Counted from the first letter of the stretch, positions 10,719 through 21,245 are shown. The stretch: 64,000 nucleotides of DNA from an uncultured Candidatus Binatia bacterium (GCA_965218425.1 OZ244621.1:1536001-1600000), one strand, 5' to 3'. Translations and numbers: made by a program. The notes: a model not told the origin generated them from the sequence alone.

Positions 10719-11399
10719 GCGGCTTCGGCATTGCACGGACCCTTTCCGCGCTTTTGTCAATCCCGGCTTGCCCGGGCTCTACAGGGTCCACAGGATAATG
10801 CAACCAGCCCCGGGGAGTCATCGGCGAGTCTGAGACGGGAATAGGACCATGCGATACTCGAAGCTCGATGCGAAGGATTACGCGTGCGGGAACTGGAAGG
10901 TGTGCCACGGAAGATGAAATTCATCTAAAAAACCATGTCAGGTTTACGGAGGCATCCCGTGTTTGTTCGTGTCTCACGCGCTTGTTCGCGCTTCGGAAAT
11001 GTCGTAAGCCCCACCCTCCAGGAGCCAAGGCATGAGCGCGCGGGGGCTGCCGAGCCCATCGCCCTGTGGTTGACCGCCGCCGCGTTCATACCGTAGTGGA
11101 CGTGACATTCATGGCACTCACTACGGCCAAGTTATCGCCGTTGAAATATTGCGTAAACCGAAAAACATGGACTTGACCTCTCAAACTGGCATCCTCCAGG
11201 ATGACCGGTACGTCAAAGTGGCCCTGTAAGGACCGGTGTCGACCTGGGCTGAAAGGCGATTTTCAGCCATTCCTGCTAGTCTCTCTCCGGCGTCTTGCCA
11301 CTCCAGACCAACGGAACCGATAACTTTTCATGGACCGCAGCGCTCTTTCCCGACGTCGCCCTTGAGGAAGTCAAGTGATGTCCGAGTTGGACGGCAGAG

Positions 11400-12602
11400 T
11401 TATCCTTCACCCCCTCGCGGCGGTTCTTCACGGTGCAAACCGGTTGCGAGTGTTACCAGGATGGCGATGAGCGGGGACAACGCGGAAATCCCGAAGGTCG
11501 CGGGTAAGCTGAACCTTTGAGCGATAAAGCCCGACACCAGCGGACCCGTGGCGTGACCGAGGTCGTAGAGGACTAGGCTGGTTGCGTTGGCCGAACCCCA
11601 GCGGTTGCGCGGCACACGGTCGAGGATCATGGCGCGTATGGTCGGTTGAGCCGTACCGAAACCGACCGCCCAGAATATCGCCGCCAGCGGCAGTGTCCAG
11701 ACCTTCTCGGTGAAAGCGAGCGTCAGCGCGGCCAGCGCCACAGAAACGAGCCCGGGGATGAGGAGCGCTCCACGCCGCGGGAGACGGTCGCTCAGACGTC
11801 CCATAACGGGGCGCATGATCATAAGCATCAGGGAAATAGCGACGAAAAAGACGATGGCGCTGCCGATGTCCCGCTCCTTGGCATCGAGGGGAACAAAGGT
11901 GATCATCCCGCTCACGACGAAATTCATCAGCGCGCTGATGCAGGCGGGCGCCAAGGCACGGGGTTCTATGAGTCCCCGCACCGACCATGTCCTGGGACCG
12001 GCGGCCGGCGCATAAGGGCTCCGTACCCTCGACGCGACACCCAACCCTGCGAAGGCCAGAAACGTTGAAAGCGTAAACGAAGACCAGAAGCTGACCTCGT
12101 CTGCGAGGTAGAGCCCTATGGCCGGCCCGAAGGCGGTCCCAAGGTTACGGATCGTGCTTGAATATCCCAACCCCTCGCCACGACGGGACGCCGGGATCAG
12201 TTCCGACGTAATGGTATCGGTTGCAGGAGGCAGGCCGCTCCACGCGGCGCCCTGCAACATACGGACCCCGATCAGGGCCGATATCGTCAAGCCAAAGGGC
12301 AGCGCGGCTCCACCCACCGCAAACAGGGCGATGGAGGTCACGAGGACCGTTTTGCGGCCGAGGCCGTCCATGGCCAGTCCCGATAGTGGCCGCAGGATAA
12401 TCGCAGTGATCACAAACACGCCAGCCACGATTCCCACCATGGTTTTGTTACCGCCGATGGAGGCGACGTACAGAGAAATAACCGGCCTCAGCATCTGAGA
12501 GCTGGCGAAGACAATGAAATCGGTGGCCAGAATCTGTAATAGGGCTGAGGTCCAGAGAGGTTGCTGAGTTTTAGAAGTCTCGGTAGCGTTCAAATTGCTC
12601 AT
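11400..12602 (-). CDS. MFS transporter
   Basis: About 12 TM segments, motif A GLAMDGLGRK, ELIPASRRGEGLG. Confidence 0.9.
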   Translation of the reverse strand: MSNLNATETSKTQQPLWTSALLQILATDFIVFASSQMLRPVISLYVASIGGNKTMVGIVAGVFVITAIILRPLSGLAMDGLGRKTVLVTSIALFAVGGAALPFGLTISALIGVRMLQGAAWSGLPPATDTITSELIPASRRGEGLGYSSTIRNLGTAFGPAIGLYLADEVSFWSSFTLSTFLAFAGLGVASRVRSPYAPAAGPRTWSVRGLIEPRALAPACISALMNFVVSGMITFVPLDAKERDIGSAIVFFVAISLMLMIMRPVMGRLSDRLPRRGALLIPGLVSVALAALTLAFTEKVWTLPLAAIFWAVGFGTAQPTIRAMILDRVPRNRWGSANATSLVLYDLGHATGPLVSGFIAQRFSLPATFGISALSPLIAILVTLATGLHREEPPRGGEG

Positions 12603-12768
12603 GTATCCCGTGTGACCCGGACTGTGTAAAGCAATTGTTTGTCTCTGTTCGGGCCGATTAAGGTTTACAATGAGTTGGAATGGAAAGGAATACTTGGACA
12701 CAATCGCGTGGATGCGCTCGTATCATCCCGCGTCTTGGCCTTATGCGGCAACCAGTCTTAAAGCTGGT

Positions 12769-12955
12769 TCATCGAACCCCCAACAAGAGCGCTCCATGGA
12801 GTAAGAATTGAGGCCAGGAACTGAAGATCCGGATACTCAGGTGAGCGTAACAGTAGCCTCCCCAGGAGCAAAACTTGGAAGAACAACATACTGGCTGTCC
12901 AGACCGCCGGCCTGCCGCCGAACCAGGGGAGGGTGTATTTGGTAAAGACTTGCTT
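12769..12955 (-). pseudogene. Frameshifted N-terminal fragment of a fused MFS/spermidine synthase
   Basis: KYTLPWFGGRPAVWTASMLFFQVLLLG then, after a frameshift, GYCYAHL. Confidence 0.65.
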
Positions 12956-13068
12956 CGGGGAAATTCTCGGCGGGCAACTATGGCGTCAGGAGATGTTTTT
13001 GATCTCACGATTCTGACAATTGAGGGATACCAATGAGCAACAGAAACCGAGAGCAGCATCCTATCCTT

Positions 13069-15039
13069 TTAATAGGTCCGGTTCTCGATGAAGTCCGCCA
13101 TCTCACGGAGCAAGCGGGCATCGTTCCCGAAGGCGAGGATCGTCTCTTTTGCCTCATCGATAAGCTTTTTAGCTCGTTCGCGGGAGACCTCGACGCCGAG
13201 GACCGAAGCGAATGTGGATTTGCCGTGGCGCGAGTCGCTGCCCTGCGGCTTGCCGTGTTTCTCCGTCGGGGCGGTGACGTCCAGAATATCATCAACGATT
13301 TGAAAGGCGAGGCCAATACACTCGCCGTAAATCGAAAGCTTCTCTAGCTGTTCGTCGGTTGCGCCTCCGGCGATACCACCCGCCACAACAGATGCGCGCA
13401 GAAGTGCCGCGGTCTTCATTTGGTGCAAGCGAATGAGGGCGTCAGAATCGAGCCTTAGCCCTTCGGAAAGGATGTCGATGACCTGCCCGCCGACCATGCC
13501 GTGGGCTCCCACCGCAGATGAGATTTCATGAACGAGACGAATGGCTCGCTCGGCTCCGATGCGCTCCGTTAGCGTCGGATCCCCAAGCAGCTCGAAAGCG
13601 CGGGTCAACAATGCATCCCCGACGAGAATCGCCATCGCTTCGCCATAAACCTTGTGTGTCGTTGGTTTGCCCCGACGCAGATCGTCATTGTCCAAGGCCG
13701 GGAGATCGTCGTGGACCAGCGAATAGGTGTGAATGAACTCAACGGCCAGCGCCGGCAACATCGCGTCGTTGGCCGTGGCCCCCACGGACTCCGCAGCCGC
13801 AAGCGTCAGGACCGGGCGAAGTCGCTTCCCGCCTGTAAGCACCGAATACCGGACCGCATCCGCGAGTTGGTGAGGGATGGACCCCTTGGGGAGCAACCTG
13901 TCCAAGGCCTTTTCAACGATCTCTCGCCTGGAAGTCATATAGCGGTTCAACAAATCGGCTGATCTCTCAGCAACGGGCGTGCTTTGGTGCTGCGGCGTGT
14001 TGGTCTGAGATCCACGGTTCAGGGAGCGAAAACTGGTCCGTAGCGCCTCGTCGTTGTCTGCGTGCTCGATGCAATCCTGGATCAACTGCTCGACTTCCCC
14101 ACGGGAGATCTTCACCTCTTCACCGTGGATGAGTTGCGCGTCATTTCCCCGCGCCAAGGCAAGGGTGCGCACTGCCATCCATAACGGCAGGAGACAGAAA
14201 ACCCTCATGTCGCGCTCCTCAGCCGGGATCGCCATACAGTATGTCAACGCGTGCCCGAACCCGTGCTGGGCTCGCCCGAACAGTGGTTCCAGAGCCGCAT
14301 GGGCCCGCTCTTTCGCGTCCGGTTGCAACAGTTCGGCGACTTCCAACCCCGCATCCTGGCACACCGTGCGCGGGACATAGCAGACTCCGCGATCCCAGTC
14401 GTCAGTGATGTTCTTGAGGATGTTGGTCAGCTGCAGACCGATGGCAAACTCCTCTGCGTTGGCGTTTAGGGTATGAGTCCGCGAGGCATTGAGATCGCAA
14501 GAGGTCGTAAACAAGTCGGTGAGCATATGCCCAACCGTTCCCGCGGCAAAGTAGCAGTACCGTTCAAGGTCCGCCATTGTTGTCAACGCCACGATACCAT
14601 CCCTGCAGGCCGGGCGATGGCGGTAGATGGTCATCCCGCGGGCCATCTCGCAAACGCTCCGTCGAATCGCTAGCTTTGTGGCGTCGGTGAACTCGGTGTA
14701 GACACTGAGGACCCGCGGAAGATTTTGCATGAGCCGATGCTCGGCGCTCGTCGGTCTTTTGCAGCTGTCAGGCAACCGGCCAGCGAAGGCGAAAGGCGAA
14801 GCGTCCTGCTCCAAGCAGGCGAGGAAGGACGAAAAGAGTCCGTCCCGCTCTGCCAGTGCGAGGTTGGGCTCGTCTTCGATTGTATCGGCAATTCGGCATA
14901 GCAGGTAACCGCAGGTAACCGCACGTTCGAGCGGTTCGCGTAACATCGCAATGGGAAGACTGAAGGACCGCGAGACCTCCTTCAGCGACTGCTGGCAGAA
15001 ACCCCAATCGGTGAGGTTTAAGGCTTCATCGGCTGACAT
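13069..15039 (-). CDS. Fusion of squalene/phytoene synthase (N-terminal) and polyprenyl (farnesyl) diphosphate synthase (C-terminal)
   Basis: N: VSRSF, CRIADTIEDE, DLERYCYFAAGTVG, GLQLTNILK, FCLLPLWMAVRTL. C: GGKRLRP, YSLVHDDLPALDNDDLRRG, KTAAL, AFQIVDDILD. One open frame with a polar linker. Confidence 0.9.
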   Translation of the reverse strand: MSADEALNLTDWGFCQQSLKEVSRSFSLPIAMLREPLERAVTCGYLLCRIADTIEDEPNLALAERDGLFSSFLACLEQDASPFAFAGRLPDSCKRPTSAEHRLMQNLPRVLSVYTEFTDATKLAIRRSVCEMARGMTIYRHRPACRDGIVALTTMADLERYCYFAAGTVGHMLTDLFTTSCDLNASRTHTLNANAEEFAIGLQLTNILKNITDDWDRGVCYVPRTVCQDAGLEVAELLQPDAKERAHAALEPLFGRAQHGFGHALTYCMAIPAEERDMRVFCLLPLWMAVRTLALARGNDAQLIHGEEVKISRGEVEQLIQDCIEHADNDEALRTSFRSLNRGSQTNTPQHQSTPVAERSADLLNRYMTSRREIVEKALDRLLPKGSIPHQLADAVRYSVLTGGKRLRPVLTLAAAESVGATANDAMLPALAVEFIHTYSLVHDDLPALDNDDLRRGKPTTHKVYGEAMAILVGDALLTRAFELLGDPTLTERIGAERAIRLVHEISSAVGAHGMVGGQVIDILSEGLRLDSDALIRLHQMKTAALLRASVVAGGIAGGATDEQLEKLSIYGECIGLAFQIVDDILDVTAPTEKHGKPQGSDSRHGKSTFASVLGVEVSRERAKKLIDEAKETILAFGNDARLLREMADFIENRTY

Positions 15040-15130
15040 AGTTTCCTCCCACACTCTGCTCTTGTCATCCTATTCCAAAATGACATAGAGTCAACAAAAA
15101 TCCAAATTATGGCGGAGGAACAATGTTTAT

Positions 15131-15149
15131 AGTTGACTGTACATCAACT
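15131..15149. promoter_or_regulatory. Palindromic operator-like site upstream of the fusion gene
   Basis: AGTTGA-ctgtaca-TCAACT. Confidence 0.3.
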
Positions 15150-15209
15150 TGGGCCGATATGTCAACCACCCTAAAATCACGAACAAATTCCTCCCCGCAC
15201 ACAGGTCTC

Positions 15210-16478
15210 CTAGAAACTGTAAGTCAGGTCCAGCGCGATGAAGCTGTCCCGCCGCGTCTGATGGTGGATTCGGTCCGCTTTGTCGACACCGAGAATGACC
15301 AGCGCCTCCAGGTGCAGAGACCACTGGTCCGAAAGGCGGCGGCCCAATTCGAAAGTCATTGAGCGTGTAGAATGATCCGCGTCTCCCAGAATGCTCGCGA
15401 CGATTTCGGTGCTGTCGACATCGTTGAATGCCAGGCGCGCGGCAAGGAAGAAATCATCGTTGAAGATATTGGTCGCATTTCGCCCCCGCCCGTCATAGTT
15501 CCATTCGCCGAGCAGGCTTAGATCGGCAGCCGAGCCGAATACGGAATTGAACGTGTATTCGCCGCCGAGAACGAAGGCGCCGTAATTCTGTTCCCTGCCG
15601 ATCTGGTTTCGAGCGCCGGCTCGGTGAATGGCCTCGATCTTGAACAACCAGGATTCGATGGTGAGCTGGGCGTCCAGCCCGAACTGGCGGATCTGCTCGT
15701 AGTACGGAACCAGGACCTGCGCGCCGCTGCGGTCCAGCCTCGGCGGCAGACAAACCAGACAAGGCTCCCGGCTGGTGCCGTCGAATACGCTGACACCCAT
15801 ATCGAGGGGTCCGAAGCTCTGACTGTACCGGGCGGCAACATCCACGTGCCACTCCGCGGCCGGGCTCTCATACGAGACACGCTCCGCGTCCACGATGAGC
15901 TGGGTGCGCAGGCGGCCGGATCGGCCCGGAAAGGTACGCTCCCGGTGATATGGCAAAGCAAAGATTTCCGCTGCGCCCCAATCGCCGGACCACGTGATAT
16001 GGACCATGGGTTGTCCCAGCTTGGCTTCTTCGTTCGGATGCTCGACGAGGTCGGTCTGGTTGATGATATCCACCAAGTGGCGCGATTCCGTGACTCCCCA
16101 GAACACCCGGTCGGCCCCAAGGCGCACCTCCCACTCGTCATCGCCGATTTTACCGAACAGTAGAAGATAGGCTTCACGCAGATCGAGATGGGTACGGCGC
16201 GGATCCGCGCCGTCGTATCGAAAGAACGGCGCCACGGTGAGGCTTCTACCCTCGACGTCTTCAACGTAGAGTTTCGGCTCCATGACGAAGCCGGTGGCAT
16301 GCGACCTCTGGCCGGGATGAGCGCCGGTCTCGTAATACCACCGGCCTTCAAGAGCTAGGCGCCCGGACAGCTCGTGGTCGGCAATCTCGATCGCGGCGCG
16401 CGCTCCGGCGGCAAAGACCGAGCCCAGGATCAGGACAACGCCGAGGGCCGCGACGCAAAGAGCGGCACGGACCAGCAT
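15210..16478 (-). CDS. Putative outer membrane beta-barrel protein of an MMPL/LolA-like cluster
   Basis: Signal peptide, DLREAY, VFWGVTESRHLVDIINQTD, C-terminal YSF; TGATG coupling with the upstream gene. Confidence 0.8.
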   Translation of the reverse strand: MLVRAALCVAALGVVLILGSVFAAGARAAIEIADHELSGRLALEGRWYYETGAHPGQRSHATGFVMEPKLYVEDVEGRSLTVAPFFRYDGADPRRTHLDLREAYLLLFGKIGDDEWEVRLGADRVFWGVTESRHLVDIINQTDLVEHPNEEAKLGQPMVHITWSGDWGAAEIFALPYHRERTFPGRSGRLRTQLIVDAERVSYESPAAEWHVDVAARYSQSFGPLDMGVSVFDGTSREPCLVCLPPRLDRSGAQVLVPYYEQIRQFGLDAQLTIESWLFKIEAIHRAGARNQIGREQNYGAFVLGGEYTFNSVFGSAADLSLLGEWNYDGRGRNATNIFNDDFFLAARLAFNDVDSTEIVASILGDADHSTRSMTFELGRRLSDQWSLHLEALVILGVDKADRIHHQTRRDSFIALDLTYSF

Positions 16479-17299
16479 CAACGCGCCCGTTTCAGGCCGG
16501 TTCGAGTGAAGTCGCGATCCTTGAGGTTGGTTCGGAACTTGAAATCCGTCCAGGTCAGAACGGTGCTTTTCCCCGTGAGATAATTGACCATGGTCATCTC
16601 GCTGGCGTACCAGTAACGGCCCAGGTGCTTCTCGTACTTCTCCAGGGTGAGGGTCTTCAGATGCGCGTCCTTGCGGTCGTAGTACTGCACTTTCCGGACG
16701 CGAAGCTCGTCCTGGTCGTGCCACACCAGTTGGCGGCGGTAGCCCGATTTCTTATCCAGCGGGACGCGTTCGGAGACCGTGCACGTCGAGTCGCCGCAAG
16801 GCTCGTCACGCAGATACCGGTAGGTGAATCGCTCCACCTCCTGGACGCTCATGTCCTCATAGGCGAATTCGCTGCCCATGAAGGAGCCGGAACGGTTCGA
16901 CGAGCTGATGCGCTTGACACGTTTCAGAGCGGGCAGGTAGAGCCATTGATCATCCGCGCTGTCCCTGTGGGCGTGGATGAGCAGTGCTGTCCCCTTGACG
17001 TCCCGCGGCTGGTCGAACACGAACATGCTCTTGTCGCCGTCTCCGGCCACCTCGAGAACCTTGACACGAAGCTGGCGGCGGCTTTTCTGTCCCTGCTTGT
17101 TGCGCAGCACCATCGTCTGGAGAGCCGTGAGATTGCCGAAGCCCTCCTTGCGCACGCGGGCTTCGGTGGCGATCTTCAGACCTTTTTCTTCGGGCGTCGC
17201 GCCCTCCGCGCGCGGTGGCGCGTGGAGATGAGCCAGAACATGAAGGCAGATCACGAGAAACAAGAGCGCCGATCGGGCGGGATAGACGTGGGGCATCAT
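16478..17299 (-). CDS. Outer membrane lipoprotein-sorting protein (LolA-like)
   Basis: PRDVKGTALL, DDQWLYLPALKRVKRISS, FMGSEFAYEDM. Confidence 0.9.
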   Translation of the reverse strand: MMPHVYPARSALLFLVICLHVLAHLHAPPRAEGATPEEKGLKIATEARVRKEGFGNLTALQTMVLRNKQGQKSRRQLRVKVLEVAGDGDKSMFVFDQPRDVKGTALLIHAHRDSADDQWLYLPALKRVKRISSSNRSGSFMGSEFAYEDMSVQEVERFTYRYLRDEPCGDSTCTVSERVPLDKKSGYRRQLVWHDQDELRVRKVQYYDRKDAHLKTLTLEKYEKHLGRYWYASEMTMVNYLTGKSTVLTWTDFKFRTNLKDRDFTRTGLKRAR

Positions 17300-19584
17300 T
17301 TCCTCCGGTCAATGGCCATCAAGAGAGTCGGGAGAAGCAAGAAATCGCCTACCAGCGCGAAGATGAGCGTGATCGTCACCAGAAGGCCGAGGGCCCAACT
17401 GAGCTCGAACCCCGATGAAGAGAACACGAGCAGCCCCGCCGACAAGACCGCGGTGGTGGTCCATAGCGCGTGACCGACGGTGCGAAAGACGGAGCGCACG
17501 GCCTCGGGCGCCGGGAGCCCCTGGCGGCGGGCCTTCAGATATTCGGTGAGAAAATGAATCGTGTCGTCCACGATGATCCCGAAGGAGATCGCAACCACCA
17601 CCGAGGAGGCAATGCCCACGCGGCCGACGAGATAGCCCCACAGGCCGAAGCTCATGGCCGCGGGAATGAAATTCGGCAACAGACTGACGAGACCGAGGCG
17701 CACGCTCCTGAATACCCCGATCAGAATGAACGAAATGAGGGCCATGGCGATGATGGTGCCGCGCAGCATGCCGTGGATGTTTCGCAGGGAAAGGTGTGCG
17801 AAGACGATGCTGAGGCCCGTCGCCTCGGCGGCGAACCGAGGGGCATTGGCGCGGAGCCAGTCCTGCGCCCGCGCATCGAGCTCGCGCTGCTCCCGAGACG
17901 ACGTGCTGTTGACCACGACGGTCATGCGCGTGGCGGACTTGGCGACGTCGATGCGGTCGTTGAGGTCGCTGCCGAAGGGAAGCGAAAGCTCGTAGAGCAA
18001 CAGGTACTGCGCGGCGAGCTTCGGATCGTCCGGCAACCGGTAGAAGGCCGGGTCATCGCCGTGCATGTTCTTGTTCAGCCGTTTCATGATGTCCGGAAAG
18101 GCCTGGACGTGGCTCACCTCGGGCTGGCCCCGGTACCATTCGGCGAACGCATCCACAGCGCGCAGGTACTCGGGGTCGGTGATGCCGCCTTCGCGTCCCG
18201 CCTTGAGCGAGTACTCCAGCGTGATCAGGCTGGTCAGGTTTTCGATGACGAAGTCCGTATGGCGCCGAAACTCGTAGCGGTCGTCGAAATACTTCGTCCA
18301 GTTGTCGGTCAGTTCGTTGCGGGGAATGCCGATGGCAAGGGCCACCGCCAGAAGGGTGACGAACCAGAGCAGGAATCTGCGGCGCGCGACCACGAGGGAG
18401 CCGAAGCGGTCGAAGAAGGCAGGCCGTTCGGCGCGGACACGACGCGCGCGCAACGGCAGGATCGAAAGCATCGCCGGCAGGAGGGTCATGGAGTAGACGA
18501 AGGCGCACAACACGCCGAAGGCCACGAGATTGCCCAGGAGGTGAAACGGCGGCGAATCCGAGGCATTCAGGCTGAGAAACCCGATGGCCGTGGTGATAGC
18601 GGTGAGAAAAACCGGATAGGCGTTGAGGTGGAGCGATTCGGCGATGGCCGCATTCCTGTCCAGCCCGCGGCTCATGCCCGACAAGGTGGTGGTGACGACG
18701 TGGACCGAATGCGCCACGGCCACCGTCATGACGATGATCGGTACGCCGGAACTGGTGGGGCTCAACACCGCGCCGAGCCAGCCCGCGAACCCCATGGTGG
18801 TGCTGATGGCGAACGCAAGCACGAAAACGATGGACACGGTGCCCCATATCGAGCGCAGGAGAAGGGCCGCGGCGGCTACGATGATCAGGAACACGAGAGG
18901 TGTGAGGGTTTCGATATCGTCCTTCGTGGTGTCGGCGAAGGCGCGGTTCATGACCACGAGGCCGGTCAGGTAGTAGGCGATGTCCGGATGGCTCGCCCGG
19001 GCCTTGTCGAGGACGGCGTTGAGATAATCGGTAATCTCGACCACCGCGAGGTCCGGATTCTCGGGCAGGACGAAGTTGATCACCAACCCGCCCACGCGTC
19101 CGTCACGGGAGACCAGACGCCCGGCGATGTCGACCGCGTTCAGCGCGATCTTCTCGATCCGCGCCACGTCGGCATCGCTGAGCGACTGCGCGTCATCGAC
19201 CAGCGGCTCGACGACCAGGTCGTCACCGCGCGCCTCGCTATGGGTATAGTTGGTGAGGGAGTCGACCCGACTGGAATGGGGCGCGCGCCACGCGGCTTCG
19301 GTGAGCTCCTCGATGGCGCCGAGCGCCTCGCGGGTGAACACCGAGCCCTCTCGGGGCGCGACGGCGATCAGTGCCGAATTGGATGCCGAGTAGGTGCTCT
19401 CCAGGGCGTCGAAAGCGGCCAGTTGCGGATTGCCTTCGCCGAACATGATACGGTAATCGTTCGTGACGCCGAGGAAGCGGGCGCCCGCCGTCATGGCCAG
19501 CATGAGCAAGGTTGCGAGCGCAACTACCCACCATCGACGACGCAGAACGGCGGCGACGTAACGGTCCAATGGCACGGGAGTCAT
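17296..19584 (-). CDS. MMPL/RND family exporter
   Basis: Two MMPL repeats, TAITTAIGFLSL, GIIVDDTIHF. Confidence 0.92.
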   Translation of the reverse strand: MTPVPLDRYVAAVLRRRWWVVALATLLMLAMTAGARFLGVTNDYRIMFGEGNPQLAAFDALESTYSASNSALIAVAPREGSVFTREALGAIEELTEAAWRAPHSSRVDSLTNYTHSEARGDDLVVEPLVDDAQSLSDADVARIEKIALNAVDIAGRLVSRDGRVGGLVINFVLPENPDLAVVEITDYLNAVLDKARASHPDIAYYLTGLVVMNRAFADTTKDDIETLTPLVFLIIVAAAALLLRSIWGTVSIVFVLAFAISTTMGFAGWLGAVLSPTSSGVPIIVMTVAVAHSVHVVTTTLSGMSRGLDRNAAIAESLHLNAYPVFLTAITTAIGFLSLNASDSPPFHLLGNLVAFGVLCAFVYSMTLLPAMLSILPLRARRVRAERPAFFDRFGSLVVARRRFLLWFVTLLAVALAIGIPRNELTDNWTKYFDDRYEFRRHTDFVIENLTSLITLEYSLKAGREGGITDPEYLRAVDAFAEWYRGQPEVSHVQAFPDIMKRLNKNMHGDDPAFYRLPDDPKLAAQYLLLYELSLPFGSDLNDRIDVAKSATRMTVVVNSTSSREQRELDARAQDWLRANAPRFAAEATGLSIVFAHLSLRNIHGMLRGTIIAMALISFILIGVFRSVRLGLVSLLPNFIPAAMSFGLWGYLVGRVGIASSVVVAISFGIIVDDTIHFLTEYLKARRQGLPAPEAVRSVFRTVGHALWTTTAVLSAGLLVFSSSGFELSWALGLLVTITLIFALVGDFLLLPTLLMAIDRRK

Positions 19585-19624
19585 CGACTCGACTATCCAG
19601 GGCCGGGAGCGAGCTCAAGCATCT

Positions 19625-20785
19625 TTACCATTCGCCTGATTTCGATGTGTAGACGTGGTCGGGCATCCTGTAACTCAGTCCACCCTCGTCGTACACCGAG
19701 ATTTGGAGAAGCTGAGTAAAATTTCCTGATCTGATTAACTGGTCGCTCTTCAGAAATCGCTGTAGGCGTTGTTTCATCCGGTAAGTGAACAGTGTTGGCA
19801 GCAGGTCAAAGGTCTTTGGAAACTGGAACGAGTCAGCGAGCTTGTTTCCTATGAGCGCTCGTGAAAGGCGGTGAGCCAGAGCTACCAAATTTTTCCGTTC
19901 AACCGGATCTTGTATGTCCGCCACTGACGGAATGGACTCGATCAACAGATTCGCCACGGCTATCGAATCGGCGTCCGCCGGCGGCTCGCACATATAGCCG
20001 ATCTTGTACATTCTTTCTGCCGTCGCGCCGTCTGTATAGAGGATCGTTTCAGGTATCCCCATGAGATAGCCGGCGTAGCGCCAGACGGCGAGGACACTCT
20101 CATATTCTTCCTTGCTGAACTTCGCGCCCAACATCAACGAGTATTCCAATAGACGCTTGGAGAAGACGGAGATGGCAAAACCCAGGTGCGCTGCGCTTAC
20201 CGGCGCGCCCCAAAGTTCGTGATTCCAATCGTCGGATTTCGCCAGCAGGCCCCTTATACGAGTATGAACGAAGCGAATGCGTGTGGACAGCTTCCATCCA
20301 TCGCCGTCTCTGAGCAAGCCACCGGGAAAAAATATGTCCATCATGTGGCGGTTATTCTGCTGGAGGCGTCTTTTGGTCGACGCCACTCGCCCGGTAATCT
20401 TGAAAGATTTGGCGATAAGCGTCGAAAAACCTTCCACCAGCACCCCCGTAACGAATGCGACGAGCATGAGGTCTACGTTTGCGTGGAAGGCGCGAATCCC
20501 TGGACGAAAGGCTTCGTAGTCGAGCCAGGGAGGATCTTCAAGATTTTTGAAGAAATCGCGCAGGGGTTGCGGCGCCTCGCGTAGAATCTCATCCCGCTGC
20601 TCTATGCCGGCCCCGATGAACCGGTGCAGGTCGCTTGGACTCATCGAGGAGGAGAGTTCCTCCATGATCGGGTCCAACTCAGGGTCGCCGATGGTGGTGT
20701 GCCGGATATAGTTGTCGACCAATGCCTCGTCATAGAGACGGGCCTTCGCATAACTTTCGGCGTATGCCCGTGGAGGCTGTTCCAT
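19625..20785 (-). CDS. MpaB/Lcp-like (DUF2236) heme oxygenase family protein
   Basis: GDPELD, TGRV...RRLQQN, RIRFVHTRIR (heme His), WGAPVS, WRYAGYLMGIP. Confidence 0.8.
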   Translation of the reverse strand: MEQPPRAYAESYAKARLYDEALVDNYIRHTTIGDPELDPIMEELSSSMSPSDLHRFIGAGIEQRDEILREAPQPLRDFFKNLEDPPWLDYEAFRPGIRAFHANVDLMLVAFVTGVLVEGFSTLIAKSFKITGRVASTKRRLQQNNRHMMDIFFPGGLLRDGDGWKLSTRIRFVHTRIRGLLAKSDDWNHELWGAPVSAAHLGFAISVFSKRLLEYSLMLGAKFSKEEYESVLAVWRYAGYLMGIPETILYTDGATAERMYKIGYMCEPPADADSIAVANLLIESIPSVADIQDPVERKNLVALAHRLSRALIGNKLADSFQFPKTFDLLPTLFTYRMKQRLQRFLKSDQLIRSGNFTQLLQISVYDEGGLSYRMPDHVYTSKSGEW

Positions 20786-21094
20786 TTTGAATCTCCTTAC
20801 AGCCTGTCCGACAAGTGCCCGAGAAGGATTTCAGAAATCGGGCGTCGGACTCGGCGAGAATCACCGCATAATCCTCCTCACGCAACCACTGATTCGCGGG
20901 ACACATGAGCGAACAGATGTTTGGCTTGTTGACAAATACCGTCGGCCGTCAAGCCGTACTTCTCGCGAAACAGACCCTGGGGGCCTTGCTCGATGAACCA
21001 GTCGGGCTACCCCAGATACTTTACTAGCCTGATAATACTCTTAATCGGAAAATAGTTCAAGAACCGCAGACCCGAATCCGCCCATGGCCGTGGA

Positions 21095-21245
21095 TTCCTC
21101 CACCGTATTATCAATTATCGCCGGGGACGAGTTGCGGTCAACTTTTGGGCGACCTGGTGTCCGCCCTGTATTATCGAGATGCCCCGGATGGAAATGCTTC
21201 ATCGGGAATTCCATAGCAACGGCTTGGTCATTCTGCCGGTTTCCA
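21095..21245 (+). pseudogene. TlpA-type thioredoxin fragment
   Basis: VNFWATWCPPCIIEMPRMEMLHREFHSNGLVIL with no intact start or C-terminus. Confidence 0.75.

Noticed and set aside
10760..11399. Intergenic stretch as a riboswitch or small gene
   Set aside because: No supportable motif found by eye
17470..19719. 749 aa plus-strand ORF
   Set aside because: Antisense shadow of the GC-rich MMPL gene; no motifs
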